Assembly: GCA_043747615.1 (NCBI GenBank)
Contig: JAYTOU010000040.1
Location: forward strand, 1 to 64,000
From: Myxococcales bacterium
GTDB taxonomy: Bacteria > Myxococcota_A > Polyangia > Polyangiales > Polyangiaceae
DNA: 64,000 nt
Direction of reading: 5' to 3'
The notes under the pieces were generated by a model. That model had not been told where the DNA came from. It ran no database searches and saw only the letters and a list, made by a program, of their open reading frames with translations. Within the stretch, counting starts at the first letter, position 1. Each line of letters begins with the position of its first letter. Below, piece by piece: positions 38,057-49,000 of this stretch. The position numbers and the translations under genes are program-made.

Positions 38057-38953
38057 ATGGGGAATCCTTCCAAATTCGGCATGCCGACGGTGATGGGCGG
38101 CATTCAGATCACGGCGCCTATTTCTGGCTCCCTTTCCGCCGCCCTCGGACCAGCCGACTTCGAGCGATTCGCCGCGCAGATCAGGCCGGTTTGGGAATTG
38201 GACGACGCGCCGTTTGCAGCGACGGCGGCGATGAACGCCGTTGATCTCGCGTCTCTCCAGGCGGGCGGAGGCGCCAACGCCGACGTCGCCGCTGCCCTTA
38301 ACGGTGCGGCCGGCGAGCTTCTGCCCTCGGATCTACTAGTCACCGAGCCGCTGGCACCTGCTGCGTCGAATGGAGCCGCGCAGCGTCCGGCCTATCAGCC
38401 GCCACAGCCCGTGCAAACGTTGGCCTCGCAGCCTCCGCTCTACGCGCCGCCGCCGGCCTCGGTCCGACCCCCGGTGCAGGAGCGCGCGCCGAAGCACGCC
38501 ACATCGAGCTACAGCGACGACGACGACATCCAGATCAAGAAATCCAAAGCCCCGCTGTTCATCGGAGGCGCCGTCGTCCTCGCTGTGATCGGCACCATCA
38601 TCGGAGTGGTCGCATCGGGCGCGCCACCGCCGCCGACGCCGCAAAAGCCGGTCGCAACGACCGCCGCACCGACCGCGACCCCGGTGAACATTCCGCCGCC
38701 GCCGCCCCTGGCCGAGACTCCGCCGTCGCCCGAGCCGGCCGTCGCCGCCGCCCCTGCCGCCCCTGCCACTCCGACCCCTGCTGCATCCCCCAACGCAGCA
38801 TCTCTGCCGCCGCTGCCCCCGCCGGTGCGCGCCGCACAAGCTACGCCGCCGCCGAGGCCTCCGCAAAATCACACGCCCCCAGTACGGCCGCCGCCCGCAC
38901 CGCCGAAACCTCCGCCCAAAACGGGCGGGATCGTCCGAGACAATCCTTTCTGA
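38057..38953 (+). CDS. Single-pass membrane protein with Pro-rich periplasmic tail
   Basis: DDDDIQIKKSK, one TM helix, Pro/Ala-rich stalk, terminal GGIVRDNPF. Confidence 0.75.
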   Translation: MGNPSKFGMPTVMGGIQITAPISGSLSAALGPADFERFAAQIRPVWELDDAPFAATAAMNAVDLASLQAGGGANADVAAALNGAAGELLPSDLLVTEPLAPAASNGAAQRPAYQPPQPVQTLASQPPLYAPPPASVRPPVQERAPKHATSSYSDDDDIQIKKSKAPLFIGGAVVLAVIGTIIGVVASGAPPPPTPQKPVATTAAPTATPVNIPPPPPLAETPPSPEPAVAAAPAAPATPTPAASPNAASLPPLPPPVRAAQATPPPRPPQNHTPPVRPPPAPPKPPPKTGGIVRDNPF

Positions 38954-39063
38954 TTCCTCTTACGTCGAGCGCTTGTCACGAAAAGCCATGAACCGACTTC
39001 CGCGATGAAGCGACTTGCACTTTGTGACGCTGCCAAAGAGGTCTATCAAGGCCGGAGGCCGCG

Positions 39064-40236
39064 ATGAGAACCCATTCGATTGCTTTAGCGTTACTGATCT
39101 CTTTCGTGCCCGTCGCTCTACCCACGCTCGCGATCGCGCAGCCCATCGTAGATGACGCGACCACGAAGGCGGCACGCGCCCGCTTCCAGGAAGGCGTCGA
39201 TGCCTTCGACAAGGGTCAATACGAAAACGCGCGCGCCGCCTTTCTCCAAGCCTACGCGCTCCGGAAACACCCGGCAGTGCTCCTCAACCTCGCGCAGAGC
39301 TCGCTCAAGTCCGGGCACGCCATCGAGTCGCTCAAATATTTCCAGCAGTACCTCCGTGAATCGGCCAACCTTACGCCGCAGCAAAAAGCGGACGCCGAGA
39401 AGGGCATCGCCGAAGCGCGCACCAAGCTTGGACGCCTCGAAATCTCGGCACCGACGGGCGCGGAGATCAGCGTCGACAACGATCGCGTGGGCAACGCTCC
39501 ACTGTCTGAGCCCGTCGACGTCGAAGTGGGGAGTCACTCCGTCCGCGCGCGTTACGCCGACGGCACTGCCGAAGGAAAAACGGTCGGCGTGAACATCGGA
39601 GAAAAAACGGCGGTGAAGTTTGGCGCGAGCGCCGGTGCTGCCGTCGTCCCCGTGCCTGGCGTGGTGCCGACGCCTCCTGCGAGCGTGCCTGCATCGCCGC
39701 CGCCGGCGCCCCCGCCGCAAGACGCGGTCGTAAGCCCTGCACCGACGCCGCCGCCTCCCGGCGCCGACACCGGGGCCGCGGCATCAAAAAAGAATCTATT
39801 TGCTCCGCCTAAAACGATGATCCCGGTGTACGTCGGCGGCGCGATGGTCGCTCTCGGCGTCATCGATGCAGTGGTCTTCGCCATCTTCAAAGCAGACGCC
39901 CAGAGCAAAGCCGACTCGGTTGCGAACGAGATCCGCACCCACAAAAATCCGTCGCCGCCGTCGAACGTCTGCGGCCCCCCGGTGAAGAACGGCGCCTTTG
40001 CCGGCGCCTGCGCTGCCCTGCAAGACAACAACAACAAGGTCGACCAAGATGCGCTCTTCGCGAACATCGGCATTGGAGTCGCCGTCGCGGGTGCGGTCCT
40101 CGGAGTCGGTTGGTATCTCCTCGCTCCAAAAAAGGAAGATGCCGCACCGCCCCTGTCCGCGTGGAAGTCCGTTCCGAAGATCGCCCCCATGCTCGGCGCG
40201 AGCACCCGCGGCCTCTCCCTCACCGGCGAGTTCTAA
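39064..40236 (+). CDS. TPR + PEGA domain protein
   Basis: Signal peptide; ARARFQEG..AYALRKHPAVLLNLAQ TPR; PEGA-like GAEISVD..VEVGSHSV; C-terminal hydrophobic segments ending LTGEF. Confidence 0.85.
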   Translation: MRTHSIALALLISFVPVALPTLAIAQPIVDDATTKAARARFQEGVDAFDKGQYENARAAFLQAYALRKHPAVLLNLAQSSLKSGHAIESLKYFQQYLRESANLTPQQKADAEKGIAEARTKLGRLEISAPTGAEISVDNDRVGNAPLSEPVDVEVGSHSVRARYADGTAEGKTVGVNIGEKTAVKFGASAGAAVVPVPGVVPTPPASVPASPPPAPPPQDAVVSPAPTPPPPGADTGAAASKKNLFAPPKTMIPVYVGGAMVALGVIDAVVFAIFKADAQSKADSVANEIRTHKNPSPPSNVCGPPVKNGAFAGACAALQDNNNKVDQDALFANIGIGVAVAGAVLGVGWYLLAPKKEDAAPPLSAWKSVPKIAPMLGASTRGLSLTGEF

Positions 40237-40242
40237 AGCGTA

Positions 40243-41580
40243 TCAAGGATAGCGAAGAATCCGCGCCGTACCCGGGACCATTCCGTCAGTGGCCTCCGGT
40301 CGAAGGAGCGCGACGGCGTAACAGGCATGCTCGTCACACCCGGCGTCGACGAGCGCATCTGCCGGAGCCGAGATGCGAGTCACGTCGGAGACGGTCTCTC
40401 CGTTCAACGTCACGAAGGCCAGGCTGGCGATCGGCGGATCGATTGGAGTCTTTTTCGTCGGACGCTCGGGCCACGCGACGACCCACGAATCCTTCGCTCC
40501 GCCGGGCGCCGCGCCTTGCGTCACGAAACCCGTCCAAAATGGGCCTATTTCCGTTCCGCACTCTGCAGCCGCGAGCTTCGACTCCGTCTCCGGAGCTCCG
40601 CCGGCGCGCCGCGCGACGAGGGCACGCAGCGTGGTTCGACCATCCGTGCCGCTGGAACATTCGCCAGCGACGTCGCGCGTGAATGCAATGAGGAGAGAGC
40701 CGCCGTGCGCATCGACCGCCACGACGTCATCGTCGTGATGAAGCCTGTGCGCAAGCTTGTGCGACGGCAGAACCCGCTCGCCTTGTACTTCGCGAAAGTC
40801 GACGACGCCCGACGGTGACGTGCGCACTACGCCAAGATCGTCGGTCGCAGTGTACTCGATGTGCTCGCATCCCTCGTCGCAATCCTTTTGACGGAGCAGC
40901 ATCTCCGCCGCGCCGCCGCTCGTGCGCGCGAGCGCGAGTGTGTCGTCTCCTTCCATGAGCGCGAAGGTTCGATGCAAGCCGCAGGCAATCGAAGGGTCGA
41001 CGTCGGGTGGGTATACGAAGAGCTCGTGCGACTTCGCCTCCGCCCAGCCGCGGGTGCGCACGTGCGAGAGGCGATCAGCGCCGCGCACGACCCACGACGG
41101 ACCGTCGGCCGTTGCGCAAGCGGTCGGACCCACCTCCTCGGCGTCTCCGCGCGTCTGACCGTCCGGCGTGATGCTCAGCAGCTCTCGAACCGGCTTCCCG
41201 CCGTGAAGTCCTTTCCAGTACAAGAACGCGCTTCCGTCCGCGCCGGCGTACAAACGCACTTCGGCATCCGGTGTCCAGCTAGCGGCGAGCAGGATGTCGC
41301 GCGTCCAGACCGTCGTTCCACCCGGGTCGACACGCAGGAGCGTGATCGCTGCACGACGAACGACGAGCCCGGCGACGAGAATCGATCCGTCCGGAAGATG
41401 AACGGCAGCGATCGGCGCAGAGAGCGGCGCACTGCTCTCACGATGCGTGCTTGGCCCCGTCGCGAGCGCGACGTTTCCATCGAGAGGCGCTGCATCCCCC
41501 GCGCTCCCCTTGCCCGCGCATGTGCATCCGCTGAACGCGGCGACGAGCTGAAAAGCCAGGAGAGTGGGCGCAGCCCGCAT
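40243..41580 (-). CDS. Hypothetical lipoprotein
   Basis: Signal ending FSGC; long ORF directly downstream of the activator gene. Confidence 0.7.
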   Translation of the reverse strand: MRAAPTLLAFQLVAAFSGCTCAGKGSAGDAAPLDGNVALATGPSTHRESSAPLSAPIAAVHLPDGSILVAGLVVRRAAITLLRVDPGGTTVWTRDILLAASWTPDAEVRLYAGADGSAFLYWKGLHGGKPVRELLSITPDGQTRGDAEEVGPTACATADGPSWVVRGADRLSHVRTRGWAEAKSHELFVYPPDVDPSIACGLHRTFALMEGDDTLALARTSGGAAEMLLRQKDCDEGCEHIEYTATDDLGVVRTSPSGVVDFREVQGERVLPSHKLAHRLHHDDDVVAVDAHGGSLLIAFTRDVAGECSSGTDGRTTLRALVARRAGGAPETESKLAAAECGTEIGPFWTGFVTQGAAPGGAKDSWVVAWPERPTKKTPIDPPIASLAFVTLNGETVSDVTRISAPADALVDAGCDEHACYAVALLRPEATDGMVPGTARILRYP

Positions 41581-41600
41581 GGAAAACTTATAGATGCTCC

Positions 41601-42953
41601 TCAGCTTCCGAGCAGAACTTTCCTAAAAGTGGTGCGGGGAACGTTCGCCGCGCGCGCCGCCGCGCTCATGTTCTCGCCGTGCTGCGTCCAGATCGTCTTG
41701 GCGAGTGCCGGGGTCAACGCCAGAGGACCGCGCTCTTTTCGTGCACGAATTGCGCGCTCGACGTCGGCACCTTCGATGGTCTCGCTCCCCTCGGCAACGT
41801 CCGCCGCGCGAACGAGCACGTTGCGAAGCTCACGCACATTTCCTGGCCAGTCGTGGTCAGCGAGCCGAGCAAGCGCGCTCGACGAAAGACTCCGCTTGCC
41901 AATCTCCTCTCTTGCCTCTGCGAGCAGCCGGCGCGCGATCGGTGCAATGTCTCCGCGCCGATCACGGAGAGCCGGCGCTTCGACCACGAACACTTCGAGA
42001 CGATGAAACAGATCCCTCCTGAACCCGCCCGCCGCCACGCGCTCCTCGAGCGGCACGTGCGTCGCAGCCACGACACGCACGTTTGCCCGCGCTCCGCTCC
42101 CGCTTCCACCAATGCGACGCACCTCGTAGCCATCGAGCGCGCGAAGAAGCTTCGGTTGCGCGTCCAGCGGCAGCTCCCCGATCTCGTCGAGGAAGAGCGT
42201 ACCCCCTTCCGCTTCGGCGAAAGCGCCCGCCCGCCGGTTCACGGCCCCTGTGAACGAACCTCTCTCGTGTCCGAACAGCTCGCTCTCCACGAGCTCGCGA
42301 GGAAGCGCGGCCACGTTGATCACCACGAAGGGCTGAGAGGCCCGCGGCCCCTCGGCGTGCAGCGCTCGCGCGATCAGCTCTTTCCCCGTCCCTGTTTCGC
42401 CGCGGATGAGCACCGGCGCCGAGTACCGAGCCAAACGCCTGACCTGAGCAGCGAGCTTTCGCATTGGAAACGAAGCGCCAGCAATCTTCTCGAGAGGCTC
42501 TTGTGCAGCCATATTGTCGGTCAATTCAATGCTCGCCTCGGAGCAGATGAGCGTGCTTCGCCCGAGGATAATCGTCGTTCCCAGACCGGCCCACGCTTCC
42601 TTCACGCGAGCGTTCCCAACGAAGGTCCCGTTCTTCGATCCGAGATCCTCGATGGCGATGCCGTTCCCAAGAACGCTGACCGCGCAGTGGCGAGCGCTGA
42701 CGGTGGGATCGCGGACGATGATGTCCGCTCGCGGCGAGCTCCCTACCGTCAGACGCGAAGTGCCGACCGGAACGTGCCGCGCACCCTCGTCGTCCTGCAG
42801 CTCGAGGATCCACGAGTGCGAGCGCGGGGTCTTGGGAATCTCGAGCGTGGTGGAGGACTCGCCGTCCTTGGCTCGCACCGCCCAGTCTTCAGGCGAGAGC
42901 GAAGACTGCGCAGAATCCTTGAGTACGGAGATGAGATCGATGGGTCGACGCAT
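41601..42953 (-). CDS. FHA-domain sigma54-dependent transcriptional activator
   Basis: FHA ([14 protein letters not shown]); AAA+ [31 protein letters not shown]; short C-terminal HTH. Confidence 0.93.
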   Translation of the reverse strand: MRRPIDLISVLKDSAQSSLSPEDWAVRAKDGESSTTLEIPKTPRSHSWILELQDDEGARHVPVGTSRLTVGSSPRADIIVRDPTVSARHCAVSVLGNGIAIEDLGSKNGTFVGNARVKEAWAGLGTTIILGRSTLICSEASIELTDNMAAQEPLEKIAGASFPMRKLAAQVRRLARYSAPVLIRGETGTGKELIARALHAEGPRASQPFVVINVAALPRELVESELFGHERGSFTGAVNRRAGAFAEAEGGTLFLDEIGELPLDAQPKLLRALDGYEVRRIGGSGSGARANVRVVAATHVPLEERVAAGGFRRDLFHRLEVFVVEAPALRDRRGDIAPIARRLLAEAREEIGKRSLSSSALARLADHDWPGNVRELRNVLVRAADVAEGSETIEGADVERAIRARKERGPLALTPALAKTIWTQHGENMSAAARAANVPRTTFRKVLLGS

Positions 42954-43007
42954 GCCGGCCCATCGACGCGACCGCGATGAAAGTTGCTACACGGTCGTCC
43001 GACGCGG

Positions 43008-46000
43008 TTATCCGACGGCGATGCCGAGGGTCTTGCGCAGCGTGAAGTACTGCTCGCTCACGGAGAAGATGATGAGCTCCTTCAGCTTGTCGGCCGGAGG
43101 CAAATCGCCGGGGAGCTGCGGCTCGGCGGCGATGATCTTCTTGGCGATCTCCAGGTCCGCACACAGAAGTAGACCAGCGCGGGCGGAGGTGACCTCGACG
43201 GTTTGCATCCAGCGTTTGAGATCCGCCTTTGCGCCGTCCTGCACGAACTTCTGCACGACTATGCGCAGCGAATCGCGCTGAATGGGCTGCATGTGTTTCA
43301 CGAGCTCGGCAGTCGTCTGGCCAACGGCTTGGGCCATTTCCGCGGGCACTGCAAAATCGGTCATCACGATCTTGATGGCCGAGAACAGCATGACCTTGAG
43401 CTCGTTCAGCGTCGGGAACAGATTCCGGATGTAATGCTCACCTCGGTAATACGAGAGGTGCTTGCCGACGATGAAGGTCAGCTCTTGGGGCGTGAACCCC
43501 GTGAGCACCGTCTGGCCGGCCACGCTTGCCGGAGGGCTGGCAGGAACCGCGACGAGCGCACCTGCCACGTCATTGCGTACGTAGAGCTCGGGGAGCGGCA
43601 CACCGAGCACTTGCGCCGCCCAGCCAAACGTCTTGGCGAAGGTAACCGTGCTCGTCGCCGGATCTTGCTTGAAGCGCTTGTCGAGCACCGGAAGCTGGCG
43701 CGCACCGCGAAGCTGGTTCGTCTTTGCGACGATCGCCGCGGGGGTGATCATCTCGAAGATCTTGCCGACGAAGAGGTTCTCGTCCTTGTGGAAGAGGTTC
43801 TTGATCCACTGCTCGTTGTCGAGGCGGCTCTTCACCTGGATCATGCCGCGAGGGCGGTAATCCTCGAAGAAACGCTGCTCTTCCTCGTCCGCCTTGTGGA
43901 GGAACGCGAGGGCCGCGCACATGCACCATGCGCGATCGTACTCGTGCTGCTTCAGATACAGCTTGTACAGGCTGCGGTACGGATCGACCCGCATCGGATC
44001 TTTTTGGAGGACGATGGCGTGCTCGCCGATCGCCGCTTCCATCTGGTCGGTGGATTCGAAGAGCTCGGCCAAGATCTGCCGCTCGACGGCCTCGTCCGGC
44101 TTGAATCGCGTAGCCATCTTGAACGCTTCGATCGCGCTGTTCGTGTCGCTCAAGCGATCGCGGTAGATGAGCCCGAGGTTGTGCCAGAGGTTGTACTCGA
44201 GCTCGGGGTTGCTGGCGTTCGCCGCCGACAGACGGCGGAGCATCTTGCGGAACGCGCGCTCGAGCGCCTTCCAATCCTTCTTGGAGGTGAGGATCTTGTT
44301 GATGCGCTCGAAGGCCTCGAGGAACGTCGGATTGAGATCGAGCGCCTCGTTGAAGAGCTCGACGGCGCGATCCTGGTCGCCCTCCTTGTCGCGGTAGATC
44401 TGGGCCATCGTGTAGAGGAACTTGCTCTTCCTCCCCGGGTCCTTCTCCATGTCCGCGATGGTGGCGATGGTGTCGATCATCTTCGCCCAATTCTCCGTCG
44501 CCTGGTAGAGCGCGAGGAGCTTGTGCAGAAGCACGTGATGCGAAGGGTTGATGTCCCTCGCCTCTTCGAGTGCTTCGATCGATTTTAGCGGGCTCTTGTC
44601 GTTGTCCTGCCAGATATCGCCGATCTCGAGGAGGACCTTGAAGCGCTCTTCGCCATCGAAGACGTTGTCGAGGATCTGACGCTTGTACGCGACGACCTGC
44701 TTCCAGTCCTTGAGCTCGAAATACAGGGAGACGAGCGCTTCCAGCGTGGGCCGATGAGCGGCATCGACCCCGAGCGCCCTTTCGAAATTGTTGATGGCCT
44801 GCTTGGCCTGCCCTTGCTCGCGCTTGATGCAACCGAGCTTGAAGTAGACGTCGGCGCGGGCTTCGGTCTCGCTCTCGCCGAGTGACGTGAGCACCTTCTG
44901 GAAGTTGGTGAGCGCGCCGCCCCAGTCCTTCAGGCGGAATGAGACTTCGGCAAGTCCGCGAATCGTAGCTTGGTCGGTGAGATCGAGCTGATGGGCCGCG
45001 CTGTACGCCTTGAAGGCTTTGTCATCCTTGCCGAGGGCCGAGGTCACGATGCCGAGCTTGTTCTGCAGCTCGTGCTGCTCTCCGCGCTCGCGTTTTCCGG
45101 CCTTGCGGACGAGTAGATCGAGGAGCGGCTCGGCCTTGTCCCAAATTTCGCGAGTGATGTACTCGTCGACGAGCGGAAGCGCTGCGTCTTCGTTCTCGTC
45201 GTCGGCCTCGTGGGCGGCTTCCCAAGCAAGAACAGCGCTGTCGTGATCGCCGAGCGATTCCTCACGCAGGCGACCGAGTTCGACGAGGAGCTTGGCGCGC
45301 GGGCGAGGTGCCGTGGTGTAGCTTTGCTCCTGATCGAGGTAGCGGGCGGCCTTGTCGAAGTCCGCGTTGTCGATGGCAATGAGCCGGAGCGCGGTGAGTG
45401 ACGGCAAGTGCGCCGGCTCGAGATCGAGAGCCATCTCGTAGCGGTCCTGGGCCGCAACGCGATCGCCTAGCTTCTCGTCGTGAGCTTTGCCGATCCGGTA
45501 GAAAGACTCGACGCGCTGCTTCGTGTCCTGCGTGAGATCGGCAACGCGGGTCATGAACTCGATCGACTGATTGGCGTCTCCTTGCTTGTCGTAAAGCTTG
45601 GAGAGCGCGTCGAGCGCCGGGATGTTCGTCTCGTCGAGGTCGACGATGTTGCGGTACGCGTCGATGGCGCGCTCCACGTCCTCGACCTCGTCGGCGTAGA
45701 CTTGGGCGATCGCTCCGTAGAGCCCGGCCTTCGTCTTGCGGTCGACCGTGGCCGCCACGTGACGCTCGTACGCGTTGATCAGCTCGAGCCACTGACGGAG
45801 CTTTCGATAGTTCCGTTCGAGAGCAAAATAAGCCTCTTCGTGGTTCGCGTCGATCTCGAGGACCTGCTCGAGGCGCTGCGCGGCGATGTCGGCCTTGAGG
45901 AAGTGCTCCTCCTGCATGTTCGCGAGGTGCATCAGCACGTCGATCCGCTCACGCTCCGTCGCGACGACATCGAGCTGGGCCTCGAGGATCTTCACGAGCT

Positions 46001-49000
46001 CCGCCCACTGGTTGAGGAGCTCGTACACTCGGGCGAGGCCGCGCATGCCCTGGAGGTTCGCCGCGTCGACGTCGAGTACCTCGCGGTAGACGACAGCTGC
46101 CTTCGTGGGGTCGTTCAGGTTCGTCTCGTAGAGCGAGCCTACGCGCAGCTTCGTCGTCGCGATCTGCACCGGGTCGGTGAGAGCGGGAACTTTGCGCTGG
46201 AGGACGTCCACCAGCTCGCGATTTTGCCCTTTGGCACCGTAGATCCGTTCGAGGTTCTCGAGCGCGGGGATATATTGAGGATCTACTTCGAGCGCGCGCT
46301 GGAAGTACGAAATAGCCTGGTCGGTCTGCGACATCTGCGAGTCGAGCAGCTCGCCGAGCTCGGTCATGATCTCTTTGCGGTCGACGTCTGCGATGGCCAC
46401 GTCGAGCGCGCGAGTGAGCGTCGCGCCAAGCTGCTGCCAGTTCGCACTCTTCCGATAGAGCTGCCCCATTTGCCGCAACGCGCCGACGTTGTTCGGATCG
46501 AGCTGAACGATCTGCGCGTAGTAAGGCTGCGCAAACTCGGGATGGCCGAGGTCGTCGCCGTACCACTTGGCGAGGTGGAGGCAGAGACGGATCTTCTGCT
46601 TGGGATCCGTCTGCTCCTTCAACCACGTGTTCGCGGTCTGAATAACCTCACCCCAGCGCCCCGTGGCCTGGGCCATGCGTTCGAGATACTTCGCGGTCTC
46701 TCGGTCGTGGAAATCTTCGCCGAGCGCGTTGATAAGCGCGTCGAGCGCCTGGTTCTTGTCGTCGAGATGCTCTTCGAAGACGCGAGCGATTTTGCGCAGT
46801 AGCTCGGTCTTTTCTGCGGCTTCCTCACGTGACTCGAGACGCCCAAGATAAAGCTCGATCTGCGGCTCCCAGCGGCTCGCCGTGGTGTGGCGCTTCTCGA
46901 GCTCGACGAACGCTTCGTCGCTCGTGGGCTCGACCTCGAGGATTTTCTGGTAGGCCAGCGTGGCCGAATCCGGCTCGAGCAACGTCTCGGTCCAGATGAA
47001 GGCGACGGTCCGAAACTCTTCGACCTTCTCGAGCGGGTCCGCGAGCGCCCCGGCGCGCTGCATCTTGACGTCGATGACGTCGGTCCATTTTTCTTCGGAC
47101 CGGTAGATTGCCTCTAGGGCATCCATGGCCTCGAAGTCGGGCCCCACTTCGAGGAGCTTGCGCCACGCATCGGCGGCGTCGAACGGCTGCTGCAGCTGCT
47201 CGCCGTAGGTCTTTCCGAGCTCGCGGAAAATCTCCTTGAGCTGGTCTTCGTCGAGCAGAGTCGAGGCGCGATCCACCATCTGATGGAGGGCAGCAACGAG
47301 CTCTGCCGGATCCTGCTGGCGGCGACGGATCGCGGAGATCGACCGCAAGGCGGCGAGGTTCGCGTAGTCGATGTCGAGCACGCGATTCCAATCCTCGAGG
47401 GCAAGCTCGTCTTTCTGGAGCTTGTCGCTGAAGATTCGTGCACGTCTCGTGAGGATGTTGACGCGATCGTCGTCGCTCGGAGCAATCTCGAATTGCCTCT
47501 CGAGGATCTCCACGAGCTCGCGCCACAGTTGCTGCGTGTCGTAGAGGTTGGAGAGGGCCAGGAGGGCTTCGGGGTCCTCGCCGCGAAGATCGAGAACGAT
47601 CTTCCACGTGTCGATCGCGCGCTGCGGCTCCGCGAGCTTGTCCGACGCAAGATGGGCGATTTTTGCGCGAATTTCTGCCTCTGCGACGTCGCCCGAGGCG
47701 TTTGCGAGCTCGCGCTCGAAGACGTTGTTGAGCTCGACCCAGTTGCCGAGTTGGGCGAAGATCCGGCCGAGCGCGGCGACAGCCCCCTCGTGCGTCTTGT
47801 CGAGGTCGTCGAAGATCCGACGGTAGGATCGGATGGAGTCCGCAGTCTGATTGAGGCGCTCCTCGTAGATTTCACCGAGACGCGCGTAGAGATCGACCAG
47901 CTCGAGTTTATCGGTGGTCGCCTTGACCCGCATCTCGAGGATTGCGCCGAGGTCGGCCCAGGACTCGATCGAGAGGTAGATGCGATCGAGGTTGGCAAGC
48001 GCGTCGACGTCGAGCGGCTCGACGCTGAGAACGTATTTGTAGGTCTCTTCGGCCTTGGTGATGTCGCCGAGCTCGTCCTCGAACGTCTTGGCGAGGCGCT
48101 TTCCGATCGCGCGCTGCACACCGGGATCGCTGTGGGCCCCGAGGACATCAGCGTACGAATTGGCGAGCGTCTCCCAGCCGCCGTCGACGGTAGCCGCGAG
48201 GCGGGGCGCGTCCTCCCCGGTGCGCTCGTCGAGTGGGTACTCTTTGAGCGAACGGAGGTAGACGTTGAGCGTTGACGCATTGTCGAGGAGCTTCTCCTCG
48301 TACAGCTCTGCGATCCGGTAGTAGGCCGCGAGGCGTTCTTCTTCGCCGCCGATGCTCAGGCCGCCGGGACCTTCGCCCGCGGTCGCCGGGATGTGCGTGA
48401 GCTGCGCTTCGTAGACCCTCGAGAGCTTCTCCCACTCACCAGTGGCGCGGTAGAGCGGCTCGAGAATTTCCGCGATTTCGAGCTGTTTTACGCCCGTTCC
48501 GAAGAGGACCTCGAGCGCCTCAAGCGTCGCCACGTGCTCCGGTGCGGCGTTCAGGACATCGCGGTACGCGGCGATCGCGGCGTCGAGATCGTTCAAGCGC
48601 AGCTGCTGCACTTGGCCCAGGCGGTACTTGAACTCCAGGATCTCGTCGGGGGTCTGACCGATCTCGCTCTCGCGCGACAAGATGTGCGCGAGGTCTTTCC
48701 AGCGCGACGTCTGGACGAATAGCCGATCGAGCGCGCGGATGGCGTTCTGGTTCTCGGCGTCGATCTCCAGCACCCGGCGGTAGCGGATGATGCTGTTGTC
48801 GACGTCCTCGAGCTGCACTTCGAAGATTTGCGCAGTGCGGAGGCCAAGCTCCACGAAGCGCTCGGGGTTGTCGGCTAGCTTGTCGAGCTCTGCGTCGTAG
48901 AGCGCCGCCACCTCGGGCCAACGATTCACGACCATCGCCAGACGTTCGAGATTCTGCAGCGTCAGCTCGTTGCCGTTGTCGAGGGCGAGGGCCCGCGCAT

